Notes: generated from the letters alone by a model not told the origin. A stretch of DNA of 64,000 bases from an uncultured delta proteobacterium (GCA_963772835.1 CAVYYZ010000006.1:48782-112781), one strand, 5' to 3'. Shown: positions 1-10,061, counted from the first letter of the stretch. Numbers and translations are program-made.

Positions 1-1181
1 GCCGGATTGAAGAAGTAATTCTGCATGAATTTGACGATCAGCGCGATGTTGACGTGAACCGTTCCCTCCAACTTGGGGAGCGCCCGTATGTCGCGGGCGG
101 CCGCTTCAAAATACATGTCCTTCTCAAAACCCTTGGCCGCGATCACGTCCCAGAGAAGGTTAATCACATCCTCTCCCTGGGTCGTCACCTTCATCTTGAC
201 CACCGGATTATACAGCAGGTAGCGCCGATCCTCTGTCGAGGCGGAGCGGAGGTAGTCCGAGGCCCGCAGAGCGAAGAGCTTCATGGCCACGAGACGGGCA
301 TAAGCGTCGACGAACATCTGCTTCACATGGGGAAAATCGGTGACATGCATGCCGTAGAGACTGCGCCCTGATGCGTGGTTGATCGCCTCATAGAATGCAT
401 GGGTGCAGATGCCGACCGAGGCCCACCCCAGGTTGTACTTGCCGATATTGACGGTGTTGAGCGTCGCATTCCATGCTTCATCCCCTTTCGACAGGATGTC
501 CGCCTCGGACACCGGATAGTCGTGGAGGATAAATTCAGCCACATAGGACTGGGTCGCGGTGATGTTTTTCACCAGTTCGTATTTCTCATGTCTGCTGTTG
601 ACGACGAAGAAGGCGTAACCGCCGTCATCCGGCTCGCGTCCAAATGTTGATACCATCGCAGCTTCATTGCCGTTACCGATGTAGTATTTGTCTCCCCGGG
701 CCAGATACGTACCGTCACCATTCGGTACCAGCAGCATGTCGCTGGCGTAGATATCGGCACCGTGCTCCTTCTCCGACAGGCCGAAGGCGAAGATGGCACC
801 TTCCTGTAGCAGGCCCGCCGCGCGCTGTTTCAACGTTTCATTCGGACTCATCCAGATCGGACCTAATCCCAGAATAGTGACCTGCCACGCGTACCAGTAG
901 CAGAGACCGTAAAAACCAAGCAGCTCATTAAAGGCACAGAGCCGGGAGGTGTCCCAGCGACAATCCTTGTCTCCGTATCCAGTTGGGGTCAGCAGGGTTG
1001 CAAAGATCCGCTCACGTTTGATGAAGTCAAGAAAATCGGCGTACCAGACCCGATCAAAGTCATCCTCCTTGAGACGCTTCTTTCCTCTGGTTTCAAAAAA
1101 ATCTACTGTTTTACGTAGGATTGCGTTCAAGACGGGATCATGGTGGTTTTCTGCCAGCTGTTTCGGATTGAGCAGGATCAT
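1..1181 (-). CDS. Acyl-CoA dehydrogenase, runs off the left edge (absent from the ORF track)
   Basis: Manual translation from ATG at 1181: MILLNPKQLAENHH...FAFGLSEKEHGADIY...GKYNLGWASVGIC...AAKGFEKDMYFEAAARDIRALPKLEGTVHVN. ACAD-type motifs; starts 3 nt after the upstream stop. Confidence 0.9.
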   Translation of the reverse strand, partial: MILLNPKQLAENHHDPVLNAILRKTVDFFETRGKKRLKEDDFDRVWYADFLDFIKRERIFATLLTPTGYGDKDCRWDTSRLCAFNELLGFYGLCYWYAWQVTILGLGPIWMSPNETLKQRAAGLLQEGAIFAFGLSEKEHGADIYASDMLLVPNGDGTYLARGDKYYIGNGNEAAMVSTFGREPDDGGYAFFVVNSRHEKYELVKNITATQSYVAEFILHDYPVSEADILSKGDEAWNATLNTVNIGKYNLGWASVGICTHAFYEAINHASGRSLYGMHVTDFPHVKQMFVDAYARLVAMKLFALRASDYLRSASTEDRRYLLYNPVVKMKVTTQGEDVINLLWDVIAAKGFEKDMYFEAAARDIRALPKLEGTVHVNIALIVKFMQNYFFNP

Positions 1182-1184
1182 GGC

Positions 1185-2393
1185 TTACTCCTCGATTATT
1201 GGTATGGTTTGTCCGTGCGGAGCACGATTGAAGAGGCCTCGAAGGCTCTTCTTGACGCCGCTGATCACAAACGGCGTCAGGCGGTGCTTTTCCTTGAGGA
1301 TTTGCACGTACAGATCTTTCCGTTTCAGCGGCGGCAGTACTTTGTCTGCTGCGGGAACCATCGTGAGAGCCGTCTGTTTGCAGACGCTGATGCAGGCGCC
1401 GCAACCGAGGCATATTTCTCCTGTAACAACTGCGTAGCGGTCGCTCTTCTGCTCGAACGATACACCGTCTGGCAGTTTGATTGCCTTGACGTTACAGGCG
1501 CGGAAGCAGACCCCGCAGCCGTTGCATCGTTCCGGGTCTATAACGGCGCGGAAACCGGTTTTGCCGATGCCGTTATGGTAGCCCATCTGCACGCCTGCCA
1601 GCAGTTCGCAACAGCAGCTGCAGCAGTTGCAGATAAAGGATGGTTTGTGGCGTATATTGTCGGTAATATGGGTGAGGTTGTATCCTCTGGCGGTGTCAAG
1701 AACCGCCAGCAGTTCGTCCACACTTTTCTCCTGCGCAAAACCCCGCCGAGACATGAAACGTGCCGCGCTGCCGAGGGAAATGCAGATGCCGTCCACCGGG
1801 GCGCCCTTGCCGCAGGTCTCGCTCAGGTGTTCTTTCTTGTGACGACAGTAGCACATTCCGACCGCACCAAAACCGGCCTCCCGGATAATATCCCTCGCCC
1901 GCTCATAACTGGTGACTTCGGAGGTGACCGGGATATGCTCCTCATACATCAGCGAGCGGGTCAGCGGTGTTGTGCTGCCGAAAAATTCTCCTGCCTGGCT
2001 TTCCTCCAGATACTCCCGCATAAGGAGTGCAAGGCGCTCAAGCGGCAGGTCGCTGCGGTTTTTCATGAAGGTGAACTCAAAGAAGCCGATCAACCCCGGC
2101 AGCAGCAGATAATAAACCTCTCCGCTATAGGGCATATCCATAACCAGCCCCTTGTCTGCCATCTTCTCAAGTAGTGGCTGCAGTTCCTTTGCCGGAATTT
2201 TTGTCAGGCGAACCAGCTCCGGAAGTGTCGCTTCTTCGAGAGGAAAGCGGGAGGCAATAAACGCTTCGCGCTCGTCAAAAAGGAGCGAAAGGATCTCGCG
2301 CAGCTTTTCACTGTTGACGAGGCCGATCGGATACTTGTTGAGCCGGTCGATCAGAGGTACGATGCTGCTTTTGGAACCGAGGTGGTGACCCAT
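1185..2393 (-). CDS. 4Fe-4S dicluster protein with an additional Cys-rich domain
   Basis: CNGCGVCFRAC and CLGCGACISVC ferredoxin motifs, plus CYCR and CNCCSCCC. Confidence 0.85.
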   Translation of the reverse strand: MGHHLGSKSSIVPLIDRLNKYPIGLVNSEKLREILSLLFDEREAFIASRFPLEEATLPELVRLTKIPAKELQPLLEKMADKGLVMDMPYSGEVYYLLLPGLIGFFEFTFMKNRSDLPLERLALLMREYLEESQAGEFFGSTTPLTRSLMYEEHIPVTSEVTSYERARDIIREAGFGAVGMCYCRHKKEHLSETCGKGAPVDGICISLGSAARFMSRRGFAQEKSVDELLAVLDTARGYNLTHITDNIRHKPSFICNCCSCCCELLAGVQMGYHNGIGKTGFRAVIDPERCNGCGVCFRACNVKAIKLPDGVSFEQKSDRYAVVTGEICLGCGACISVCKQTALTMVPAADKVLPPLKRKDLYVQILKEKHRLTPFVISGVKKSLRGLFNRAPHGQTIPIIEE

Positions 2394-2404
2394 GGTATGT
2401 TCCT

Positions 2405-3181
2405 TCAGTCAAATTGAGAAAAATCAGGTTTTCGCCGTTCCATAAACGCCTTCAGTGCTTCGGCGGCTTCCGGCGACTTCAATCGGGACATAAACTGCTT
2501 CCCCTCTTCGATGATGGTTTCCCGTAACGGCATCGCATAGTCACGCTTGAGCAGATTCTTGGCCAGTCGCACCGCTGCCGCCGGTTGCGCCGCCAGCTGC
2601 AGTGCCCTTTTTCGTGCGGTTGCGAGTACTTCCCCGTCCGGGCAGACAGCGGTCACTATCCCGACGGCACAGGCTGTATCAGCGCCGAACACCTCGCCCA
2701 GCAGCAGCAGTTCTGCTGCCCGCTGGTGTCCCATGATACGGGGAAGGAGGAGTGTGGAGCCGGCCTCCGGGCAGAGCCCCAGGTTGACGAACGGCATCTG
2801 GAATGTCGCACTGTTGCCGGCATATACCAGTTCACAGTGCAGCAGCATGGTGACGCCTACTCCGACCGCCAGGCCATTCACCGCTGCTACAATCGGCTTG
2901 CGGGCCTCGCTGACAGCAATCAGGAACTGCATGACCGGACTGTTCTGGCCGGTTGGCGGGGCTGTGAGGAAATCGGCCAGGTCATTGCCGCTGGTGAAAC
3001 AGTCATCTCCTCCGCACACAAGGATTACCCGAACCTGATCATCATCATCGGCCTTGTGTAAACCGTCGGCAAGGGCCTGATACATGTGAAGATTCAGGGC
3101 ATTCTTCTTGTCCGGCCGGTTGATGCGGAGCGTAAGGATATTCTCGCTGAGTTCGCTTTGGATCTGATCGGTACTGCTCAT
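2405..3181 (-). CDS. Enoyl-CoA hydratase/isomerase (crotonase family)
   Basis: NRPDKKNALN, FTSGNDL, AAVNGLAVGVG, FVNLGLCPEAG. Confidence 0.93.
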   Translation of the reverse strand: MSSTDQIQSELSENILTLRINRPDKKNALNLHMYQALADGLHKADDDDQVRVILVCGGDDCFTSGNDLADFLTAPPTGQNSPVMQFLIAVSEARKPIVAAVNGLAVGVGVTMLLHCELVYAGNSATFQMPFVNLGLCPEAGSTLLLPRIMGHQRAAELLLLGEVFGADTACAVGIVTAVCPDGEVLATARKRALQLAAQPAAAVRLAKNLLKRDYAMPLRETIIEEGKQFMSRLKSPEAAEALKAFMERRKPDFSQFD

Positions 3182-3198
3182 AACGCGCTCCTTACTAT

Positions 3199-3585
3199 TT
3201 ATGCCATCGCTGTAATGATTTCCGGAATGGCTACAGTCTTGTTCTTTATGCTGTCAAAGCAGACCATTGTGGTGCGGGCGGTTGCATAGGTTCTCTCCTG
3301 GTCGTCATGGATCCGGTATTCCAGATTGAAGCTCGATCGCCCCGTTTTGGCTATCCAGAGAGTAACAATGACGACGTCATAGAGTGTAATCGGGATTTTG
3401 AAGTCGCATTCAGCCCGTGCGACAAGGGTAAAAATGCCATGCTGTGTAACTTCCCGAAAAAAATCACTGAACAGCTTGACCCGCGCCGTTTCCAGATAGG
3501 TGAAATAGACTGCGCTGTTGACATGACCATAGGCGTCGAGATCGGAAAACCGCAATTCAATCGGGGTGGAATAGGTCTGCGGCAT
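3199..3585 (-). CDS. Acyl-CoA thioesterase (4HBT/YbgC-FadM hotdog fold)
   Basis: LRFSDLDAYGHVNSAVY motif, 128 aa. Confidence 0.9.
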   Translation of the reverse strand: MPQTYSTPIELRFSDLDAYGHVNSAVYFTYLETARVKLFSDFFREVTQHGIFTLVARAECDFKIPITLYDVVIVTLWIAKTGRSSFNLEYRIHDDQERTYATARTTMVCFDSIKNKTVAIPEIITAMA

Positions 3586-3617
3586 CTTCTGCTCCTTCGT
3601 AAGCGGGAATCTGTTAT

Positions 3618-4580
3618 TTACGTCGTCTGGCCGGAGGGCGCTTCGTGTACGCGCATATTGTCTTTTTCAGGACAGGAGTAATACTCCCCCTGCAGCCATT
3701 TCAGAACTCCGGGGAAATGGTCCTGTCCGGCATCCGGATGAGTCAGCATAGTTATGTGGTCGTAGTCATGCCGGTTGCCGTTACTGCGTGAGAGCACAGT
3801 ATACCGGCACCGCTGCCTTCCGGAGGATTCCATGAAATCGCGCACATCATGGGGATGCCCGAGGGCATGGTCGTTCTCAGCGGCGATATACCATATCGGC
3901 GGGAGGGCTCTCTTTTTGACAGCCGCACCGTAATCGAATCCATCGTCGGAATCGATCCAGGCATCATTCTTTACCCAGTCGGCACTCTGCCAATACGATT
4001 TGACCGTTTCGCTGTCAGAGCCGATGCGAAGCCGGCGTGCCGGGAGATAGCCGAACATGACGCATGCAAGGGGACAGAGGAACTTCCAGACAAAGCCCAC
4101 CTTGAGTATCCGCTGGATGTTCCAAACGCGGATAGTTCGTTTGCTCCCGAAATATACCAGTGAACCGACCAGCGTTGTGTACTCGGGAAACCGCGCCAGA
4201 ACTGATGAGGAAAGGACTCCCCCCCACGAATGGGCCACCCAGTGTTGCGGTACGGGACCTCGAAGCCTTTTGATCGTCTCGACGAATGCCGGGATATCCT
4301 CGGTAATCGCCTCGGTCTGGCCGAAACGCGAACCCCGGTCTATGGGCGGTGTACTCCTGCCGCGTCCGCGCAGGTCGGCCACATAGACGTCAAACCCGTT
4401 GAGCGCCAGGTAGGGTGCCAGTCCCCTCATTGACCCGGAGTAGAATATGCGACCGTTCTCGATGGCACCGTGCAGCATGAGAACCGGGGGTCCCGATTCC
4501 GGTCCGGTGAACCTCTGAAGGTTGAGAATATCACCACCCGTCAGCGGCACCCGAATTGACTGTTGCTTGACCGTCCGCAT
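3618..4580 (-). CDS. Alpha/beta-fold hydrolase (esterase/lipase-like)
   Basis: LHG oxyanion segment, DLRGRGRS, nucleophile AHSWGG, C-terminal YDH. Confidence 0.85.
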   Translation of the reverse strand: MRTVKQQSIRVPLTGGDILNLQRFTGPESGPPVLMLHGAIENGRIFYSGSMRGLAPYLALNGFDVYVADLRGRGRSTPPIDRGSRFGQTEAITEDIPAFVETIKRLRGPVPQHWVAHSWGGVLSSSVLARFPEYTTLVGSLVYFGSKRTIRVWNIQRILKVGFVWKFLCPLACVMFGYLPARRLRIGSDSETVKSYWQSADWVKNDAWIDSDDGFDYGAAVKKRALPPIWYIAAENDHALGHPHDVRDFMESSGRQRCRYTVLSRSNGNRHDYDHITMLTHPDAGQDHFPGVLKWLQGEYYSCPEKDNMRVHEAPSGQTT

Positions 4581-4592
4581 GTAAACCTTTTG

Positions 4593-5150
4593 TTATTCCT
4601 TGCCGAGCATCCCTTTTTTGAGTGAGTCGTCAGCCGGTTTATCACCAAGATAGATGGCAAGAACCCCTTTTGCCAGCCTGGCGGATGGAACAATCCCCAG
4701 TACTTTGCTGTTATGGCTGGCAGAAACAGAGCCGTCTGCCCCGAGGGTCAGATCTACAACATCTCCCCGGTTAAAATCGGCCGTAAAGAGCGAAAGAAAC
4801 TTTTTTTCTTCAGGGGAGCCGACCAGATCGGGAGAATTATTAGCCAAACCTTCACTGAAGGCCTCAATTATTTTTTCTTTATCCACTTTTGAGTGCAGGA
4901 AATTCATCCGGATCAGCTTATCGCCGCCGTCTTTCAGTGCCTCAGCGGCCGAAGAGAGGTGTTTCGAAGCATACAACGATCCAATGTAGATTTTCATAAA
5001 GAACTTTTTCCTGATACCGTACCCATTCAATTTCAGCTGCTGGCTGTTTACTGTAACGACCGGATCCAACAGAACTCCGGCCGCTTCAACCGCCGGTGAC
5101 TGGCCTGCACAAAACAGTGTCAGAATAAGTGCCGCGAACAGATTTCTCAT
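4593..5150 (-). CDS. Secreted chalcone-isomerase-fold protein
   Basis: Start moved to MRNLFAAL (GGAG upstream); signal peptide; LKLNGYGIRKKFFMKIYIGSLY and IYLGDKPADDSLKKGMLG are typical of bacterial CHI-like proteins. Confidence 0.8.
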   Translation of the reverse strand: MRNLFAALILTLFCAGQSPAVEAAGVLLDPVVTVNSQQLKLNGYGIRKKFFMKIYIGSLYASKHLSSAAEALKDGGDKLIRMNFLHSKVDKEKIIEAFSEGLANNSPDLVGSPEEKKFLSLFTADFNRGDVVDLTLGADGSVSASHNSKVLGIVPSARLAKGVLAIYLGDKPADDSLKKGMLGKE

Positions 5151-5175
5151 AATAAGCTCCTCCGGAGGTACAATT

Positions 5176-7179
5176 TCAGCCGATCTCGCGACCTGCTGTA
5201 AAACCCTGATGAATTGCATCAAAAACCATTGCAGGCAAAAGAGCGTCTCCCGCAACACGGAACGGAATGACGGCAGCTGCTACGATTTCCTGAAGCGGAT
5301 TGTGGCACCGTGTTCCGACAGCCAGAACGACCGAGTCGGCTGGAATATCCTCAATTCTCCCCTCATATTCAATTCTTACGCTCCTGGCAGTGATTTCAAT
5401 CACCCGGGCCGCTGCCCGTGTCCGGACGCCAGACCTCTCCACATCCTGCATCATCCCCCAGCGGGTGCTCTTGCCGAAGTTTTTTCCCAGTTCGCCCAGC
5501 ATTTCGATTACGGTGACTTCTTTGCTCCCCCGGGTAGCCAGGCTATACAGATCATCAATGGACTCGGCCCCATGGATAAGCAGAAACTTGAGCGCCTCAC
5601 CGGAAAGTGTGCCTTTCTCCGCGAGGAACAGTGCGGTTTCGACGCCTACCGCTCCTCCTCCGATGACTACCACTCTCTGCCCTGCTGCGACATCTTCTGT
5701 CAGAATATCCCAGGCCTGTACAACGTGCGGCATATCGGCACCGGGTACAGACAGTGCGATCGGCCGGCCGCCGGTCGCTATAATAACTGCATCCGGGCGA
5801 ACGCCCTTGAAAAACTGACCATCAACGTGTGAGCCCAGTACGATTGTGGCACCGGATAATTCTACCTGCCGTTCCAGATCTGCCGCCAGTTCGAGGAACT
5901 CCTCCCGTCCGGGAGGAGCGCCCGCCAGCAGAAGCTGCCCGCCAAGGCGGCTATTCGATTCGTGGAGAGTGACCCTGTGCCCGCGTTCAGCTGCAGAAAT
6001 CGCAGCGCTCATTCCGGCCGCTCCGCCGCCGACAACGGTAACGTTCAGCGGGTGATCGGTTTTAGAGGAAGCCCGAGAACGTTCATACCCCGCCCGGGGG
6101 TTACAGAGACACTCCACCGCCTTCATCTTGAAAAGGTTGTCGAAGCAGCCCTGAGCACAGGCCACGCAATGGACGATATCGGTCTCTCTCCTGCTCCTGG
6201 CTTTCTCGGGAAACCAGGGGTCAGCAATCAGCGCCCGACCTACAGCTACCATGTCGCACAGACCATCTGCTATCATACCCCGAGCCATATGCGGGTCATT
6301 GATGCGGTGGCTGGCGATGACCGGTATACTCACGCGCTCTTTGATGCCGCGGGCCAGATAGCCGAAGACGCCGCGCGGCACTTCAGTGACGATCTGCGGT
6401 ACCTGTGCTTCATGCCATCCGACATTTATGCTGAGTGCATCCACTCCGGCTTCTGCCAGTCTGACTGCGTACTCTTGAAGATCCGCTCGGGTTGATCCAC
6501 CCTTCATGAATTCGTTGCCGTTCATTCTGACCAGCAGCGGAAACTCTGCACCTACTGCAGAACGGACCGCCCGTATGACTTCCATACCGAAACGTATGCG
6601 CCCCTCAAAATCGCCTCCATACCGGTCCTCCCGTTTGTTGGTGAGCGGTGAGAGAAATTCACTGATCAGGTAGCCGGTCCCGGAGAGGATCTCGACAGCG
6701 TCGAAACCGGCTTCCCTGACCCGTTCTGCCGCCCGGGAAAAGTGCGAGATGATTTCCTCTATTTCCGGTATTTCAAGTTCGTGCGGTGTTTCACGGGTCA
6801 GCCGTGACGCGATGGGGGAAGGCGCTACGGGTTGTTTGCCGCCGATCAGCATGGAGTGATTGTACCGTCCGGCATGATTCAGCTGGACCGAGGAGCGGGC
6901 GCCATTCTCGCGGATAGCGGTTGCAAGACGTGCCAGGCCGGGGATGTAACTGTCCTTGTGGGCGCCGATGTTGCCCGGATTTCCGGAGCGCTCATCAATC
7001 GTTGCATACCCGACAGTGATCATTCCGGCCCCGCCACGGGCCCGCTCGGCGTAGAAATCCACCAGACGGTCACCCACCGCATAATTCCCGGCCATATTCA
7101 GGTGCATGGCAGGCATGTAAATGCGGTTCTTCACTTCCATGCGGTTGATGGTAATCGGCTGAAAAAGCGGGTCACTCAT
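5176..7179 (-). CDS. fadH: 2,4-dienoyl-CoA reductase (OYE-like flavoprotein with Fe-S and FAD domains)
   Basis: OYE barrel (NRIYMPAMH, NKREDRYGG), CVACAQGC...C cluster motif, GGGAAG Rossmann motif, GKSTRW. Confidence 0.88.
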   Translation of the reverse strand: MSDPLFQPITINRMEVKNRIYMPAMHLNMAGNYAVGDRLVDFYAERARGGAGMITVGYATIDERSGNPGNIGAHKDSYIPGLARLATAIRENGARSSVQLNHAGRYNHSMLIGGKQPVAPSPIASRLTRETPHELEIPEIEEIISHFSRAAERVREAGFDAVEILSGTGYLISEFLSPLTNKREDRYGGDFEGRIRFGMEVIRAVRSAVGAEFPLLVRMNGNEFMKGGSTRADLQEYAVRLAEAGVDALSINVGWHEAQVPQIVTEVPRGVFGYLARGIKERVSIPVIASHRINDPHMARGMIADGLCDMVAVGRALIADPWFPEKARSRRETDIVHCVACAQGCFDNLFKMKAVECLCNPRAGYERSRASSKTDHPLNVTVVGGGAAGMSAAISAAERGHRVTLHESNSRLGGQLLLAGAPPGREEFLELAADLERQVELSGATIVLGSHVDGQFFKGVRPDAVIIATGGRPIALSVPGADMPHVVQAWDILTEDVAAGQRVVVIGGGAVGVETALFLAEKGTLSGEALKFLLIHGAESIDDLYSLATRGSKEVTVIEMLGELGKNFGKSTRWGMMQDVERSGVRTRAAARVIEITARSVRIEYEGRIEDIPADSVVLAVGTRCHNPLQEIVAAAVIPFRVAGDALLPAMVFDAIHQGFTAGREIG

Positions 7180-8129
7180 AGCTCTCTCCCTTTTATTGAT
7201 ACGGCCTCGTACAATCCACTCACCTGATCAAACAGCCCGATCTGTTCCAGCGATGCCCTGAGCAGGGCCGGATTTTCAAGAAGATCCAGCATGAAAACGA
7301 TCTCTGAAATTTTCAGGTAGATGAAAAACGGCTCGACCAGCCTCCCCCTGAAAAGCTGTTCAACGATGTCGTTAAGAGGCAGACTTCTGAAGGGGATCAA
7401 CTGAACCACACGTTCCAGCAGGGTTTTGACGTAATAAAGCAGGGCATCATCAACACTTTCGACATACCGGCGGTGACCCGGCATGATGGACCGCCCGCGG
7501 AGCCCTGCCAGATTAAGCAGAGAACGGCAGTAGGCATCGTAATTTCTGAAACGCCCGGTAAAGTTTTCCAGATCAATATCAAGCAGGGGGGCCTGAAAAA
7601 TATTTCTGAGGAGGATGTCACCGGTAACCGCCGAATCACCGACCAGATACACCAGATCACTTTGGGAGTGTCCCGGACAGGGGAGATAACGGATTCCGAG
7701 CCCGGCCAGCTCATCAGATTCTTCTACAATCCGGAAACGCTCCGGAATGGCGGGGAAAATCTTGTTCCGTTCAAACGATTCCCGCAACTGTGCGGCGAAA
7801 TCATCCCCATATCCGTATCCGTTTAGTAATTCTGCCATCCGCTCCATCCGTTCGGCGTGGCGCTCAAATTTGATGGCGTCCCTGCGCGGGATGAATACCT
7901 CTGCATCGCTGTGCTGAAGGATGAAGTTAGCCAGGCCGTAGTGATCCACATGGCAATGGGTGATACAGACGAATTTCAACCGCTTGAGATCGACTTCGTC
8001 AAGCAGGCAGGATTCCCCCTCCGGTGTGGGAGGACCGGTGTCGAACAGCACCAGGTCGCCGTCAAGTTCGGTGCTGTAGAGGTGTACTTCGCCGACTATG
8101 TAGGGGGTTTGCACGGTGTGCTGGCGCAT
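7176..8129 (-). CDS. Metallo-beta-lactamase-fold hydrolase
   Basis: THCHVDH (HxHxDH), PGHS, TGD, PGH; start MRQHTV with GGAG RBS. Confidence 0.85.
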   Translation of the reverse strand: MRQHTVQTPYIVGEVHLYSTELDGDLVLFDTGPPTPEGESCLLDEVDLKRLKFVCITHCHVDHYGLANFILQHSDAEVFIPRRDAIKFERHAERMERMAELLNGYGYGDDFAAQLRESFERNKIFPAIPERFRIVEESDELAGLGIRYLPCPGHSQSDLVYLVGDSAVTGDILLRNIFQAPLLDIDLENFTGRFRNYDAYCRSLLNLAGLRGRSIMPGHRRYVESVDDALLYYVKTLLERVVQLIPFRSLPLNDIVEQLFRGRLVEPFFIYLKISEIVFMLDLLENPALLRASLEQIGLFDQVSGLYEAVSIKGREL

Positions 8130-8158
8130 GATGCTCCGATAATGTGACAATACACAGA

Positions 8159-8270
8159 TGCAATAGAACGCAGACCAAATCAGAAAAAACCGTAATATAC
8201 GGATCTGGTACAGGTACCCTGCTTGATCCGGATGTGTCCGTTACATCCGGTTTTTCCGCGTTCTATTGCA
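8159..8270. repeat. Intergenic inverted-repeat element with ~9-10 nt periodic arms
   Basis: Perfect 13-bp IR TGCAATAGAACGC (8159-8171) / GCGTTCTATTGCA (8258-8270); TCCG recurs at 8227, 8237, 8246, 8255. Confidence 0.7.
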
Positions 8271-8282
8271 GTCCAGGCCTAC

Positions 8283-10061
8283 TTAAAATATGTACTTATC
8301 CGCTTCGAGCGAAGCCGCCGCCAGCTGACGTTTTGCCTTGAGCAGGCCGGTGGCATCGTACTTGGTAAACCTGCGGATCCCCGCCAGCAGCATGGTAAGG
8401 GTATCCCCCTCCTCGATATAGTAAGCTGCCCGACGCGCGGCGGATGCCGCTTTTTCTGTGCCATTGAAGGTGAACACCTTCACGGCGGCGCTGACGGAGA
8501 TCTTTTTGCTGTCGCTCAGTTTCGGAAGGATTTTCTCTGCACGCAGGACGGCGCTTTCGATCGCAAAGATGTTGATAGCCAGATCCGCTACGGCCAGCAG
8601 AATTTCCTGCTCGTCTTTGATCGTATCCATGAATTTCTGTACGCCGCTGCCGGCAATTACCAGGAAAGCCTGTTTCAAACTGGCGATCAGAGCTTTTTCC
8701 GCCGCAAACGGCACGGAATCGTCACGTTCATCAAAGGATGGCGACATCAGGGATTCAAAGGCTTTCATCGCCTCTTTCTGAAGCGGGATCTCCCCTTTCA
8801 TGGCGCGGCGGAGAATTATGCCGGGGATCAACAGGCGGTTGATTTCGTTGGTTCCTTCCCAGATCCGGTTGATTCTCTCGTCACGGTAATATCCCTCAGC
8901 GGCGTATTCCTGGATAAATCCGTAGCCGCCGTGAATCTGTACGACCGCATCGACGACATCCGCCAGCATCTCACTGCATAACACTTTGACGATGGCGCAT
9001 TCGACGGAATATTCCTCGATTCCCTGCTGATATGTTTCGTAGTAGTCATCCGTACCTTTCGGGAGAGTGGCGAGGCGATCGTCGATCAGGCCTGCCAGTC
9101 GATAAACAACCGATTCCGATGCGAAGATGGCTGCGCTCATGTCGGCAATCTTTTCCTGAATGGCGCCGAAGGTGCCGATGGTCACGCCGAAGGCTTTGCG
9201 CTCGTTGGCATATTTTATTCCGGTGGTGAGTGCTGTCTTTGCGGCGCCGGTGGCGCCCGCTCCAAGTTTGAAGCGTCCGACATTCAGGACGTTGAAGGCG
9301 ATCTTGTGTCCCTTTCCGATTTCTCCCAGCAGATTTTCAACAGGTACTTTGGCATCTTCAAGAATGATCTGGGTGGTGGACGATCCCCTGACCCCCATCT
9401 TGTTCTCTTCAGGTCCCACGCTCAGCCCTTCAGTCGTCCGTTCCACCAGGAAACCGGTGAAGTGCTGCTTGTCGATTTTGGCAAAAACGGTGAAGAAATC
9501 GGCGATGCCGCCGTTGGTGATAAACTGTTTGGTGCCGTTGAGGATATAGTACTTTCCATCCGGGGAGAGGATGGCGCTTGCCGAGGCACCAAGCGCGTCG
9601 CTCCCGGAGCCTGGTTCGGTCAGGCAGTAGGCCGCAATCCATTCTCCGGAAATGATCTTGTGCAGATACCGCTCTTTCTGCTCTTTCGTGCCGTAATAAA
9701 CCAGCGGGAGCGTGCCGATACCGGTATGTGCCGAGTAGGTGACAGAAAATGAGCCGGCCTGGGCCAGTTTTTCGGCGGCCAGCATGCTGGTCGCTTTGTC
9801 CAGTTCCAGACCGCCATACTCCTCGGGGGCATCAATCATGAGCAGCCCGAGCTCTCCGCACTTCTTCATAAGTTCTACCGTCAGCGGAAGATTATGATGC
9901 TCGATCTCCTCACGATGCGGGATAACCTCATTCAGGACAAACTGCTCGGTCGTATCGCCGATCTGGCGCTGCTCGTCACTGAAATCCTCCGGTGTGAAAA
10001 TGTCGTTTTTATCAGCTTCTATTATCAGATATTCGGCACCTTTGAATAGTTTTGCAGCCAT
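8283..10061 (-). CDS. fadE: Acyl-CoA dehydrogenase (long form, Bacillus FadE-like)
   Basis: YCLTEPGSGSDA, NGTKQFITNG, VQIHGGYGFIQEY, RINRIWEGTNEINR. Confidence 0.93.
   Translation of the reverse strand: MAAKLFKGAEYLIIEADKNDIFTPEDFSDEQRQIGDTTEQFVLNEVIPHREEIEHHNLPLTVELMKKCGELGLLMIDAPEEYGGLELDKATSMLAAEKLAQAGSFSVTYSAHTGIGTLPLVYYGTKEQKERYLHKIISGEWIAAYCLTEPGSGSDALGASASAILSPDGKYYILNGTKQFITNGGIADFFTVFAKIDKQHFTGFLVERTTEGLSVGPEENKMGVRGSSTTQIILEDAKVPVENLLGEIGKGHKIAFNVLNVGRFKLGAGATGAAKTALTTGIKYANERKAFGVTIGTFGAIQEKIADMSAAIFASESVVYRLAGLIDDRLATLPKGTDDYYETYQQGIEEYSVECAIVKVLCSEMLADVVDAVVQIHGGYGFIQEYAAEGYYRDERINRIWEGTNEINRLLIPGIILRRAMKGEIPLQKEAMKAFESLMSPSFDERDDSVPFAAEKALIASLKQAFLVIAGSGVQKFMDTIKDEQEILLAVADLAINIFAIESAVLRAEKILPKLSDSKKISVSAAVKVFTFNGTEKAASAARRAAYYIEEGDTLTMLLAGIRRFTKYDATGLLKAKRQLAAASLEADKYIF

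Noticed and set aside
1140..2174. 344-aa + strand ORF, and similar long antisense ORFs (8223-8981, 14345-15505, 18738-19739, 39566-40504)
   Set aside because: They lie opposite well-supported genes and have no recognisable motifs; typical shadow ORFs in GC-rich coding DNA.
5151..5258. Upstream extensions in the ORF track (CHI, fadL, smc, mog, methyltransferase, aor, tupA)
   Set aside because: They overlap neighbouring genes or precede better starts supported by RBS or family N-termini; coordinates were trimmed.
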